A stretch of DNA of 64,000 nt from NCBI GenBank assembly GCA_965207735.1, contig OZ242296.1:160001-224000 (forward strand), written 5' to 3'. This DNA is from Candidatus Versatilivorator sp. (GTDB lineage: Bacteria; Acidobacteriota; Terriglobia; Versatilivoradales; Versatilivoraceae). The first letter of the stretch is position 1; every line of letters begins with the position of its first letter. Below the pieces are notes generated by a model, which worked only from the letters and a program-made list of their open reading frames with translations, was not told the origin of the DNA and did no database searches. Shown here piece after piece: positions 28,479 through 37,986 of this stretch. Position numbers and translations under genes: made by a program.

Positions 28479-29315
28479 CTAGTCGTTATCGCTTCCCAGA
28501 TAAGAGCGTTCCACTCCGAGGATGAGTCGGAGCGACATGGAAATGATGCCCAGGCAGATACCGATCATGATGGCCCGTTGACCCGCCAACTGGGGCACGA
28601 CCATGATCCAGTTGACCAGGTCGGGAACGGTCAGGAGGTAGAAGTCTCCTCCTCCGGCCAGGATCAGGTAACCATAGAGGGTGCGAGCCAGCACAAAGGC
28701 GGCTAGTGCGCCAATCAACGAAAGTGAGACCCAGCGCTTGGAGCGGTATTGCTCCCATGCAAGGTAGGCCAGCAGAGCACCGAACAGCAGCTCGAGGGAG
28801 CCAGGCAAGGTTTCGGTGAGCGCCGTGCCCACCAGCGTCCGGCCCAGCAGGATGATCAGGGCCGCGATCAGCAGGACGGTGGCTTCCCGGTTCTTGGCCC
28901 GGAAGGCCCGATAGGAAGCGGAAGCCACAAAGAAGGCCAGCAGGGAGAAGGTGGTCGCCGACAGGGGAAGGAAGCAGTAGTCGTAGGCGGCTTGAAACCA
29001 GCTCCCTTCAGCCTCCAGGGCGTGCTTGACTCCGGACGGTCCGCCCACCTTGAAGAGCCCGATGGCCAGCACGGCGAAAAAGCCCGTCATGGTGACCGCG
29101 CTGTACCCCCAACCGGGCTGAGAACGGGAGATCTTGGCCAGGTGGATCTTGGCCAGGTTGCCCCCGCCCAGCACGAAGGCGAAGGCGGCCAGCACGTCAA
29201 AGGTGATGGACAGGCTCTCGTTGAGCTGGTCGAAGGGCGGGTGGGGGATGAAGGCCTCGAACAGCATGATGACCCCCACCACAAACGTGATCAGCAACGG
29301 TATCTGTCGTCGCAT
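28479..29315 (-). CDS. Polytopic membrane protein of the GlmL-like module
   Basis: About 8-9 TM helices. Motifs PLSATTFSLLAFFVASASYRAFR, WIMVVP..AGQRAIMIG and LRLILGVER. Confidence 0.85.
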   Translation of the reverse strand: MRRQIPLLITFVVGVIMLFEAFIPHPPFDQLNESLSITFDVLAAFAFVLGGGNLAKIHLAKISRSQPGWGYSAVTMTGFFAVLAIGLFKVGGPSGVKHALEAEGSWFQAAYDYCFLPLSATTFSLLAFFVASASYRAFRAKNREATVLLIAALIILLGRTLVGTALTETLPGSLELLFGALLAYLAWEQYRSKRWVSLSLIGALAAFVLARTLYGYLILAGGGDFYLLTVPDLVNWIMVVPQLAGQRAIMIGICLGIISMSLRLILGVERSYLGSDND

Positions 29316-29324
29316 TCGGGTTTC

Positions 29325-30524
29325 CTAGACGAACATCTCCAGCTTGAGAAAATCCACCACCGACTGAAGGCCTCCACTTCCCGTCCACAGCGCCAGGGTG
29401 GCGGTGAGGCTCCCCAGAAGAATGGCCCCCATCACGATCAGCTTGCCCACATCCTGCCCCTTGAGACTGCCCAGTTGCTTGGGATCGCCGCTCAGATAGG
29501 CGCTGGCCGCGAAGAGTTCCTCGCCCATCAGCGTGTAGTCACAGGCCGCCACGAAGAATGGAAGCTGAGAAGGCATGGCGGTGCCGGCGATCTGGATGGC
29601 CCCGATCCGGTTGCCGGTCTCGGCCAGCAGCAGGGATTCGGCGAAAAAGGCTCCCATGTAGAGGCAGGTGGCCGGCTCGTCCCGAAGCAGCATGCCGTTG
29701 ACCCCGGCGACGTAGCCGAACTGCTCGTCGGTGAGGTAGTGGACCATGTCCTCGTTGTAGCTCTCGGGGCGGCCGGCTTCCAGGTAGGCCTGCCTCACCA
29801 CCTCCCTGCCGGTGGTCATGACCAGAGAGCGGCTGACCGGGACGTCCAACTTGGCGTCGTACTCGGCGATGGTGCGGGAGACGTATCCCAGCAGGGTGAG
29901 ACCGGCCAGGGTCTGAACGTTGTCCATGTCCATGATCCCCGGCACGAAGACTACCGGCCGCCCCATCTCGGTGGCGCGGCCCACGGCTTCGTCGACAGCT
30001 TCCAGGCCCGCGATCTTGCGCACGAACAGTTTGCGGCCTCGGCTCGCCAGCTGGATAAAGAGGATGACAAAGAAACAGATGGTGCCGCCGATGATGAGAA
30101 TCCACAGCTTGTCCCGGTCGAACCACTGGGCCCTGGATTCTCCGGTCACGACTTCGGAAGAGGCACTGGAGTCGGCCGTTGTGGCCACTACCTTGAAAGA
30201 ATAGCGGACACCCCGTTCGGCGCTGGAGAATGTCCACGCCTCCTCGCCGGGGCCCACCGATCCCAGCGACAGCCAGGAGGCCTCCTCGGTGCCCGGAGCC
30301 GTTTCCTCGGGCACGGGTGACCGGAAGACTTCATAGGAGAGGACCCCGGGATCGGGGGAATCCTTCCAGCGGATTTCGATGGCGTGCCCCGAATCGTTGG
30401 GCACGTCCGACGCTTGCACTCCGGTCGGCGGAGACGGTGCCTTCGAAGGAGCGTCCTGCGCCTCGAGCAGCGGAGCGAGTGCCAGGGTGGCGACCCATAG
30501 AGCCGGCGCACAACGGAATTTCAT
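29325..30524 (-). CDS. Fibronectin type III + DUF6754-like membrane protein
   Basis: Signal peptide, Fn3 domain (PSPPTGVQASD..IRW..YEVFRS..YSFKVVA), TM, then RKIAGLEAVDEAVGRATEMGRP, QFGY, FFAESLLLAE, QIAGT..QLPFF..CDY.LMGEELFAASAYLS, and a C-terminal TM. Confidence 0.85.
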   Translation of the reverse strand: MKFRCAPALWVATLALAPLLEAQDAPSKAPSPPTGVQASDVPNDSGHAIEIRWKDSPDPGVLSYEVFRSPVPEETAPGTEEASWLSLGSVGPGEEAWTFSSAERGVRYSFKVVATTADSSASSEVVTGESRAQWFDRDKLWILIIGGTICFFVILFIQLASRGRKLFVRKIAGLEAVDEAVGRATEMGRPVVFVPGIMDMDNVQTLAGLTLLGYVSRTIAEYDAKLDVPVSRSLVMTTGREVVRQAYLEAGRPESYNEDMVHYLTDEQFGYVAGVNGMLLRDEPATCLYMGAFFAESLLLAETGNRIGAIQIAGTAMPSQLPFFVAACDYTLMGEELFAASAYLSGDPKQLGSLKGQDVGKLIVMGAILLGSLTATLALWTGSGGLQSVVDFLKLEMFV

Positions 30525-31654
30525 CAGTCGCGACCCTCGATTATCTCGACGTTGGCCCGGGGCACGTAAACCGGCTCTTCCAGGCCCTCCACCCGCACCG
30601 AAACCACCCTGGCCCTGGACCCCGAATCCAGCCGGGTCGGCTCGGAGGGCAGGGCCGCCACCCGGCCCAGCTTTCCGAACCAGGGATTGCGGATGATGCG
30701 GACGGTGCTTCCGACGTCCATGCCCTGCTCCCGGGTCCGCTCCAGTGACTGCGGAGCCGCGCCCTTGAGGGGGATAATCACCTCGGGGCGAATGACTCCG
30801 GCTCGAATCTGGGTGGCTCCGTTGATGGAGGCCCGCTGTCCCTGGTGGCGTTTCAACAGCCTGAAGGTGCGGGGCGCCATGTCGATTCTTCCAAATCCTT
30901 CGGTGACGATCAAGGTCACACCGAGATTTTCATGTCCGGTAATGGCCACACCGAGGTCATGGCCCAGGAATCGCCGCAGGTCCTGGTCATCGAATCCTCC
31001 CGCCACCACGCCGCGGATGCCGAGATCAACCGCCTTCTGAAGGGCGGCTCCGGTGACCAGCGACCCTCCGACCACCACCCGGCCGCGCAGGTCCGACGAG
31101 AGCGACTCTTCGTCCAGGACCTCTCGGGGCGAGGAGGAAACCATGGCAATCTCACCGGCGGCCTCGCCTCCGATGCCAAAGATTCCCTGAATCAGGGTCC
31201 CGCAGCTTTCGACCACCACCCCCTGCTCGGGCACCACCTCCCGGACCCGGCCCTCGATGTAGGCCTCGACTTCAACCGGTTGTGGCGGGCCCCGCAGCAC
31301 CACCTGTCCGGTGACACCGGAAATGCTTTCGATGGTCCCATCCAGGGTGGCCGCCGCTCGGGAGGTGAGCAGGCCGAACAGCGACCTGGCTTCGGCAATG
31401 ACCTCGCCCTGGCGCACCTGCTCGCCCTCCTTCTTGAGCATGGCGCCCGGCACGTCGCTTTGATCGACACCCATCTTGTTGGCGACGTTGACGATTTCGA
31501 CCTTGCCCGGCAGGAAGGTGCGGGCCACCACCTGGTGGGGCTCGACCCTGGCTCCCTCCTCCACCACCACCTCCCCCGGAATGGGCAGAAGCCGCCGCCT
31601 GTGGAGCAACTCGTTCTCCGTCACCTTGAGACCGGGAGTGTAGGCGTGGGCCAT
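30524..31654 (-). CDS. Conserved hypothetical cytoplasmic protein with barrel-sandwich-hybrid-like N-terminus and KOW-like C-terminus
   Basis: GEVVVEEGARV, LKKEGEQVRQGEVIA and DGTIESIS (NqrA/RnfC-N-like pattern). Also QGIFGIGGE, TEGFG, GATQIRAGVIRPE and GSTVRIIRNPWFGKLGRV. Confidence 0.85.
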   Translation of the reverse strand: MAHAYTPGLKVTENELLHRRRLLPIPGEVVVEEGARVEPHQVVARTFLPGKVEIVNVANKMGVDQSDVPGAMLKKEGEQVRQGEVIAEARSLFGLLTSRAAATLDGTIESISGVTGQVVLRGPPQPVEVEAYIEGRVREVVPEQGVVVESCGTLIQGIFGIGGEAAGEIAMVSSSPREVLDEESLSSDLRGRVVVGGSLVTGAALQKAVDLGIRGVVAGGFDDQDLRRFLGHDLGVAITGHENLGVTLIVTEGFGRIDMAPRTFRLLKRHQGQRASINGATQIRAGVIRPEVIIPLKGAAPQSLERTREQGMDVGSTVRIIRNPWFGKLGRVAALPSEPTRLDSGSRARVVSVRVEGLEEPVYVPRANVEIIEGRD

Positions 31655-31658
31655 GGCT

Positions 31659-33476
31659 TCAGCGAGGGATCGCCCCCGGGGAATAGACGCCGATTTCCTC
31701 GATCCAGGTTTTCAGGGCGCCAATTCTCTCGGCCGGATCCGAGTGGAGCGACAGGGGCCGCCCCCGGCAATCGACAACCAGTCCGACGGTTCCTCCTTGA
31801 ACCGTGGCTTCCAGCGGCACACCCTTGCCGGATCCCAGGTCGAAATCCCGGGCGGGGTCCAGGTAAACCCGGGCCTCGGCGCCGGTCTCCAACGGGTGCC
31901 GGCGCATCTCGCCAACTCGGAGGGTCTCCCGTCTCTCTTTGCCTCCGGGAAGCTCCAGCCTGTAGGCCAGGGCCGGCCGGCCCGGCTTGGCCGTGCCCCG
32001 AGGGGCGATGCAGGTGCCCAGCACGACCAGGCAGTCCTTTTCGAAGACTTCGGTGGCTGCCCGGGCATGCACCTGCGACAGGACGCCAAGGTGGGGCATC
32101 ATGAAGATGCTGTCCTTGGCCAAGCGGGTGATCCCCTCCGGAAGGAAGGAGTCGATTAGCATCATGGCGGTCTGCTCCGCTCGGGGCGCGTGAGAGAGCA
32201 CGCCGCCGGAGGCCACCAGCAGGTCCAAGTCTATCATCTTCACCAGGGATTCGATCCCCGCGTCCTGCTCGAAAGAATCGGCGATGGTGCGTTGCTGCTG
32301 AACCCCCTTGAGCCGGGTGGCGAAGGAACGGTGCTGGAGGAAGGCCAGGCGCAGCGCCTCTCTGGCGACCGCCTGTTCGAAGACCAGTTCCTCGGCCGTC
32401 TGGGGGATAGTGGTCGGGCGGATCATCTTGTTCTTGATACGGTTGCGCAGATCCCCCTCCTCCATGGTAAAGGGCATCCATCGCATGACGTTGGCCAGTC
32501 CGGCTTCGGCCAGGACGTTGGAGATGGAGTAGCTCATCCCCAGGTTGGCCGACACGGTGCGGTTGAAGTCTTCCCCGAACACGCTGAAGACATCGGTGGT
32601 GGCCCCGCCGATATCCACTCCCACGGCGTTGATCCCGGCTTCAGTGGCCACCCGCTTGAGGATGGCTCCTACCGCCGCAGGAGTGGGCTGGATGTCGGCG
32701 TCGACCCATTCCATCAGCTTGGCGTAGCCGGGCGCCTGTTGCATGACGTGCTCCAGAAACAGGTCATGGATGCGCTCGCGGGCGGGCAGAAGGACTTCCT
32801 CTTCCAGGGTAGGCCGAAGGTTTTCGACGATGCTGAGACTGGTCTTTTCACCCAGCACCCGGGTGACTTCGTCGCGGCGGGAGCGGTTGCCGGCATAGAT
32901 GACCGGCAGGCGATAACCGGCCCCCAGTCGGGGCTTGGGATCGGCGGCCCCAATGGTCTCGGTGATCTTGATCACCTTGTCGGTCCGGGCGCCGTCGACC
33001 TCGCCGGCGATCAATATCATGTCCGGCCGTAGCTGGCGGATGCGTTCGATGCGCTGGTGGGGCAGGCGCCGGTCGTTGAGGGCGATGACGTCCATCACGA
33101 TCGAGCCGGCTCCCAGGGCGGCCCTCTCGGCGCTTTCGGCCGTCATCGACCGGACCACTCCCGCCACCATCATCTGCAGCCCTCCGCCGGCGCTGGAGGT
33201 GGAGATATAGAGATCGCATCCCTCCTCACCCCTGGTGGGGCGTATGATCCGGCCCTCGGCGTCCAGCAGCTTGCGGCCCGAAAGCTCACCCAACTCCGTC
33301 ACCGCGTTGAGCACGCCCAGAGTCACGTCTTCGAAGGGGGCTTCCACCGTGGTGGGGGCTTCGCCTCGATGGGTCTGGCGGTACTCGTCCCCTACCTTCT
33401 GGATCAGGATGGCCTTGGTGGTGGTGCTGCCGCAGTCGGTGGCGAGAATGACTCGAATGTCGTCCAACGGGGTCAC
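31659..33476 (-). CDS. GlmL/MutL (glutamate mutase L)-like ASKHA ATPase with C-terminal extension
   Basis: Phosphate-1 TDCGSTTTKA, TSSAGGGL, TAESAERAALGAG, PTP, phosphate-2 VDIGGATTDVFS, RTVSANLGMSYS and ASGGVLSH. GTG overlaps the upstream TGA. Confidence 0.88.
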   Translation of the reverse strand: MTPLDDIRVILATDCGSTTTKAILIQKVGDEYRQTHRGEAPTTVEAPFEDVTLGVLNAVTELGELSGRKLLDAEGRIIRPTRGEEGCDLYISTSSAGGGLQMMVAGVVRSMTAESAERAALGAGSIVMDVIALNDRRLPHQRIERIRQLRPDMILIAGEVDGARTDKVIKITETIGAADPKPRLGAGYRLPVIYAGNRSRRDEVTRVLGEKTSLSIVENLRPTLEEEVLLPARERIHDLFLEHVMQQAPGYAKLMEWVDADIQPTPAAVGAILKRVATEAGINAVGVDIGGATTDVFSVFGEDFNRTVSANLGMSYSISNVLAEAGLANVMRWMPFTMEEGDLRNRIKNKMIRPTTIPQTAEELVFEQAVAREALRLAFLQHRSFATRLKGVQQQRTIADSFEQDAGIESLVKMIDLDLLVASGGVLSHAPRAEQTAMMLIDSFLPEGITRLAKDSIFMMPHLGVLSQVHARAATEVFEKDCLVVLGTCIAPRGTAKPGRPALAYRLELPGGKERRETLRVGEMRRHPLETGAEARVYLDPARDFDLGSGKGVPLEATVQGGTVGLVVDCRGRPLSLHSDPAERIGALKTWIEEIGVYSPGAIPR

Positions 33477-33838
33477 TCGGCAGCTCCCTCGAGGTGGTCG
33501 GCGGAGGCCGGGTCCTTTCCCGCCCCCTGATTCTCGATCTCTTGCAGCAGGGTTTCGACGCTTTGACGGCGCTCCAGGATGCGCCGGACCCGTCCATAAT
33601 CGGTGGCCGCGAAGAGTCCGCGAACCACCGGTTCAAAAAAGGCCATGGCTTGGCTCCCCAGGTAGTTGAGCGGCTTGGCCGACTCCAGGATGAAGAGGGC
33701 CGGTGTCTCCATTCGCCGCCGCACGATGGCTGCCGCAATTCTCTCCAGCAGTCGGCGTTCCTGGTCGGTAAGCGGCTCCTCGTATCGCTCCAGGGAGAAC
33801 GCCTGCTTCAACCTGCGCCTCCAGGATGGCTGCATCAT
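33473..33838 (-). CDS. Small conserved hypothetical protein
   Basis: IVRRRMETPALFILES.KPLNYLGSQAMAFFEP. ATGA overlap at 33835-33838 and GTGA overlap at 33473-33476. Confidence 0.8.
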   Translation of the reverse strand: MMQPSWRRRLKQAFSLERYEEPLTDQERRLLERIAAAIVRRRMETPALFILESAKPLNYLGSQAMAFFEPVVRGLFAATDYGRVRRILERRQSVETLLQEIENQGAGKDPASADHLEGAAE

Positions 33839-34281
33839 GCCCTCGACCTGGCCGGAGTCGGCCGGATGATTTTGCGTTGCACGAAACGGACCACGGCCTG
33901 GCGGTCGGCCCCCGCGAACCGCAGGTAGAGGCCGCGGTGGGATTCCAGGCGGCTGCGCTCGGAAAAGGGACTCAGCAGCACCCCGTGGGCGTCGACCCAG
34001 TAGGACCGGCAAGAGGACCAGGGCTTGTGCTGACGGTACCACAGGATGCGGCTGGAGACACCCTCCTCGCTGAGCTGATAGGTGGTGGGCAGCAGGAAGT
34101 CATGGACACCGACCAGCAGCAGGATCACCGACAAGAGAGTCCAGCCCGGACTCTGCGTGCCCAGAAAGACGGCCGCCGCCGTGGCGGCAACCACCAGCAT
34201 CAGCACCAGACCCTTCCAGGGCGTGGCTTGTACCGGCAGACTCACCCAGCACACGGATGTCTCCTGTCCTGCATCTTTCAC
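33835..34281 (-). CDS. Small membrane protein (2 TM + PH-like beta domain)
   Basis: Two TMs, then FLLPTTYQLSEEGV...KPW...GVLLSPF..SRLESHRGLYLRF. GTG overlaps the TGA of the DUF4175-like gene. Confidence 0.75.
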   Translation of the reverse strand: MKDAGQETSVCWVSLPVQATPWKGLVLMLVVAATAAAVFLGTQSPGWTLLSVILLLVGVHDFLLPTTYQLSEEGVSSRILWYRQHKPWSSCRSYWVDAHGVLLSPFSERSRLESHRGLYLRFAGADRQAVVRFVQRKIIRPTPARSRA

Positions 34282-37200
34282 CGGGCCAGTGCCTTGTAGT
34301 AGTCCTCCACCTGCTTGCGGTACCGGGAAGGAGCGTCCTCGTCCTTGACCAGATGAATCGAGTCGCTCCCGTCCAGTTGCCGGACCTTGCGGCCAAGGTC
34401 GAATTCCAGTTGCCGCAGGCCCTCGATGACACTTCGGCGAAGTCGCTCCAGTTCCTGGGGGTCGGCAAGGAACTGGAGCGACTTCATCTGTTCCATGCGT
34501 TTCACCATGTTTCTGACCTGGGCCGCCAGATCGGCGTCGCCTGCGAGACTTCGTCTCAAATCCCGGGCTTCTCCCAGGCGATGCTGGAACTCCTTTTCAA
34601 ACTGGCGGGCCTGTCGAGGCGTCAGAGTGGTGGGCGGTGGCAGCTCCCGATCGCCGAAATTGACGGCCGCCTGACCCCGGCCCCGGCCTGACCGTCTCTG
34701 CTCCGGGTTCTCCGCGGCGGCGGACCTTCCCGTCTGCGACTGCCGCCGAAGTCCCTGCGGCCGTTTCGGCTCGGGAGACTTGCCGGAGCCGGCCCCGGAA
34801 GGTCCGGCCGGCTGCTCGGCCCCGGAGCGGGCCTGGAGGTCCGCGATCCGTCGCTTCAGCGACTCCAGGTTCGACAGCAGGTCTCCGGCCTGCATCAGCG
34901 CCCGGCTCAGCCGTTCTTCCGCCGACGGTTTTGCCGGGCCTTTGCGGGCGGCCTCTCCGGCTGCAGCCACTTGATCCCGCAGGTCCGACAGGGCGGTCTG
35001 GATGCGTTGCTCGTCCTGTGCGGCGAGGTCCAGCAGTCCCAGCTGCAGGAGCTGCCGGCTTTGATCCATCTGTTCGTGCAGTCCCCGGTTCCGGATGGAT
35101 TGGCCGGCGGCCCTCAGCCGTCGCGAAGCCTCGGGCTGCTGCAGGTCGGCTCCTTTGGCAGCGGAGAAGAGCCGGCCTTCCATCTCCCTGAGTGACTGCT
35201 GCAGGCCGGTCTTGTCCCTCAGCATGCGCCGTCTTTGCTCTAGCAGAGGCTCAATGGGATCCTCTCGATCGACGCCTGCTTTCAGACCTTCCAACTCAGA
35301 CCGGATGTGTCTCTGCCGCTGCACCAGATCTCGCGCCTGGCTCCGAAGTCGGCTCAATTCCGAATCCATGTCCGTCCGGCGTTGGCGATCCAGCACCGAG
35401 CCGGCCTCCCGGATCCGGCTCAATGCCTGCAGACCCCGGTTTTCCGCCTGGCTTCCCCCGGCGCCTCTGAGCTTCCGCATTTCCCTGGCCGCTTGCTGCA
35501 GGCGTTGGCTCACCTCTCGCAAGGAAGGACGTTCCATCTCCCTGGAAAGCCGCTCCAACCGTCTGGCCAACTTCTCCGCCTCCGCCTGAAGCATCCCTTG
35601 CTGGGACCCTTCAGCTCCGCCGAGCTGTCGGCTGGCGCCTTCCAGCATCCTGCGGCGTTGGTCCTGGTTGATCTGCTGCTGCCGTCGGGCCAGTTCCTGC
35701 AGCTTGCGGGTGGCTTCGTCCATCTGCCGGCGTGAATCGGGGGGGCCGGCCTGCTGCTGGACCTCGTATTGGTTCTTCAGCTTGTCCAGCTCCAGCTCGA
35801 ACAGGCTCTCCAGTTCCTGGGCCCAGGTCGTCCGTCCCTGAGCACCGCCGCGAGCCACCTGGACTTCCTTGTAGAAAGTCTCGGCCCGCATCAGGGACTG
35901 CAGTGCCCTCTGCTGGTGGGGAACGGCCTCATCCGGATCGCGTTGGGAGAGCGATCGATGGGCCGGAACCATGGCCTGGATCGCTTGAACCAGGTTCTCG
36001 GAGAACTTTTGAATGTCCGGGTCGAGGCCGGTCAGGGCCCTTCTCTCGACCCGGTCGGCCAGGGATTGGGTGCGCTGTTGCAGCTTGAGCTGGAGTTCTC
36101 CCAGCAGTCGCAGGGAATTCCGAAATTCATTTTTCTCCAGACGCTTGCGGTCTCGAATCAATCCCCAGGTGGCTACCAGGATCTGCTTCTGGCGCCGGGA
36201 GAGCAGCGAATCCAGGTTGGAGGAGCCTCCGCCCCGCCGGGCTCCCGACTGGCGTTGCTGGTATTGCTTGCCGAAAGGGCGCACTTCCAGAAAGTAGATG
36301 TCGCTGGTGGTGGTCGAAAGGGCATCGGAGGCCCGGGCGAAGTAGCTGACGAAGTCGCCCGGCTGCAACTCGAACTCCTCCAGGAAAAAGGTATGGGTTG
36401 CCGAGATGGAGCGGGGGAGAGGTCCGCCCCCGGGTTTGAAAAGGTCTATCTTGGCCGGCCGCGCGCCGTTGAGGGAGTAGTGTAGCTCCAGGTTTCTCAG
36501 GCCAAAGTCATCGTCGGCCTTGGCCTCGGTCAGGACCTCCTCCAGGGCAGTGGCCTGCCGGTCCCGTCCCGGCCGGTTCCAGGCCACCTGGGGAGGCTGG
36601 TCCCGGATGGCGGAAATGGCGTAGGCATGGGATTCCACCATCTCGCCGGTCCAGTCCTCGGTGAGCTGGATTCGATAGGTCGAGTCGCCGGAGACCTTGA
36701 TTTCCCCGATGACGGCCGGTCCCTCCTCCTTTTGCATCGGGATGGGAGTCCCGTCTCCCAGCAGAATGCGCGCGGAGACCGGTTCCAGGTTGAGGTGGGC
36801 CTTGACCTCGACCCGAGTGCCGCGAAGGGCTTCAATGTCTCCGCCGTTTCTCTCGGTGCGCCGGGGCAGGCCGGTGTAGGACGGAAAACGATAGGTCAGA
36901 TCGATCTGTCGAACTCGAGCCGTCTCCAGGACCGAGAGCTCATAGGCGTCGGAGCGGATGTTGGAGGCCTGGACGTAGTAGCGTATGGGTTCGCCGATGT
37001 CCACGAAGGAGAACTCGAATCGGTTGGCGCGGGCTTCAGCTGTCATCGGTCGGGATCTCCAGCTTCCACTCCGGGGGTCGCGGAAAAACAGCTGGACTGA
37101 TTCCGCCTCAAAGCCCTCTAGCCTGGCCGTGACGGTTTGATCCGACCCCTTGCGGACGCGGGCGTCGCCGGGAGACACCTGGATGTGATAGAGCCGGGCC

Positions 37201-37766
37201 GCCTGGGGCCACCATTGATCTGCATATAGCTTCAGAGTCGCGAACTGGAAATAGTGGGGACCATGGAGTTGCAGCAGGACAAACAGCAGCACCAGAGCGG
37301 AACCGATCAAGGCCGACTGCAAGGGTTCCTTGCGGTTGAAAATCTCCGGAGGCTTGACGAAACGGCTCTGATGGGCCGCATCACGCAGCAAGAGCGACAG
37401 GAAGGGGTGGCGTTGGGCAGTGCGGTCCTTCCGGGAGTCCAGCTCGACGGCTGTGACCAGGCGATCCTGCAGCTGGGGGTAGTGTTCCTCGATGGTGCGG
37501 GCGATCTGAAAGTCGCTGACTCGCCGAGCCAGGGGGCGCACCACCAGCCAGGCCAGAGAAAGCCCGATTACGAGCAGGGAGGTCCAGCGGGCCAGCAGGA
37601 GGGCCTTCCGGCTGTAGTTCCAATAGTCGACGCCGACCACGGCGACAGCCACCACCATCAGGGAGAGCCCCAGCCACCAGGCAAGGCCCCGGATCGAAGC
37701 GATGCTCTTGAAACGCCGGCGGGTCCGCCGGATGGTGGTCTGCAAGCGTTGCCGTTCCGCGGTCAT
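34278..37766 (-). CDS. Large DUF4175-like membrane-anchored protein (Ig-like domains + coiled coil)
   Basis: N-terminal TMs, LQDRLVTAVE, FPSYTGLP, ADDDFGL, LQPGDFVSYFARA, long Q/R/E coiled coil and terminal YRKQVEDYYKAL. Confidence 0.85.
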   Translation of the reverse strand: MTAERQRLQTTIRRTRRRFKSIASIRGLAWWLGLSLMVVAVAVVGVDYWNYSRKALLLARWTSLLVIGLSLAWLVVRPLARRVSDFQIARTIEEHYPQLQDRLVTAVELDSRKDRTAQRHPFLSLLLRDAAHQSRFVKPPEIFNRKEPLQSALIGSALVLLFVLLQLHGPHYFQFATLKLYADQWWPQAARLYHIQVSPGDARVRKGSDQTVTARLEGFEAESVQLFFRDPRSGSWRSRPMTAEARANRFEFSFVDIGEPIRYYVQASNIRSDAYELSVLETARVRQIDLTYRFPSYTGLPRRTERNGGDIEALRGTRVEVKAHLNLEPVSARILLGDGTPIPMQKEEGPAVIGEIKVSGDSTYRIQLTEDWTGEMVESHAYAISAIRDQPPQVAWNRPGRDRQATALEEVLTEAKADDDFGLRNLELHYSLNGARPAKIDLFKPGGGPLPRSISATHTFFLEEFELQPGDFVSYFARASDALSTTTSDIYFLEVRPFGKQYQQRQSGARRGGGSSNLDSLLSRRQKQILVATWGLIRDRKRLEKNEFRNSLRLLGELQLKLQQRTQSLADRVERRALTGLDPDIQKFSENLVQAIQAMVPAHRSLSQRDPDEAVPHQQRALQSLMRAETFYKEVQVARGGAQGRTTWAQELESLFELELDKLKNQYEVQQQAGPPDSRRQMDEATRKLQELARRQQQINQDQRRRMLEGASRQLGGAEGSQQGMLQAEAEKLARRLERLSREMERPSLREVSQRLQQAAREMRKLRGAGGSQAENRGLQALSRIREAGSVLDRQRRTDMDSELSRLRSQARDLVQRQRHIRSELEGLKAGVDREDPIEPLLEQRRRMLRDKTGLQQSLREMEGRLFSAAKGADLQQPEASRRLRAAGQSIRNRGLHEQMDQSRQLLQLGLLDLAAQDEQRIQTALSDLRDQVAAAGEAARKGPAKPSAEERLSRALMQAGDLLSNLESLKRRIADLQARSGAEQPAGPSGAGSGKSPEPKRPQGLRRQSQTGRSAAAENPEQRRSGRGRGQAAVNFGDRELPPPTTLTPRQARQFEKEFQHRLGEARDLRRSLAGDADLAAQVRNMVKRMEQMKSLQFLADPQELERLRRSVIEGLRQLEFDLGRKVRQLDGSDSIHLVKDEDAPSRYRKQVEDYYKALAR

Positions 37767-37784
37767 GGATTAAGGTAAGTGCGT

Positions 37785-37978
37785 CCCCCGCCCTGCCGGG
37801 CGGATTATACATAGAGTGAAACAATCAGAAATCGATCAACCCTTCGCGAACTTGGTACCCCGTCTCGGCCAACCTCAGCGCCTTCGTGCCCCTTCGTGGT
37901 CCTTCGTGCCCCTTCGTGGATAAGTCTTTGTCTTTTGTCTTTTGTCGTTTTTCGTTTGTTTCAGACAAGCCGGGCCCC
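37785..37978 (-). repeat. Family A repeat copy inside the operon spacer
   Basis: Reverse complement of ~4231-4415, near identical (GTGAAACAATCAGAAATCGATCAACCCTTCGCGAACTTGGTACCCCGTC...TTGTTTCAGACAAGCCGGGCCCC). Confidence 0.88.
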
Positions 37979-37986
37979 TCCGGCCA

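Noticed and set aside
31659-33476. Glutamate mutase pathway or DNA mismatch-repair MutL
   Set aside because: No glmS/glmE or methylaspartase genes are in the window. Motifs are ASKHA-type, not the GHKL ATPase of repair MutL.
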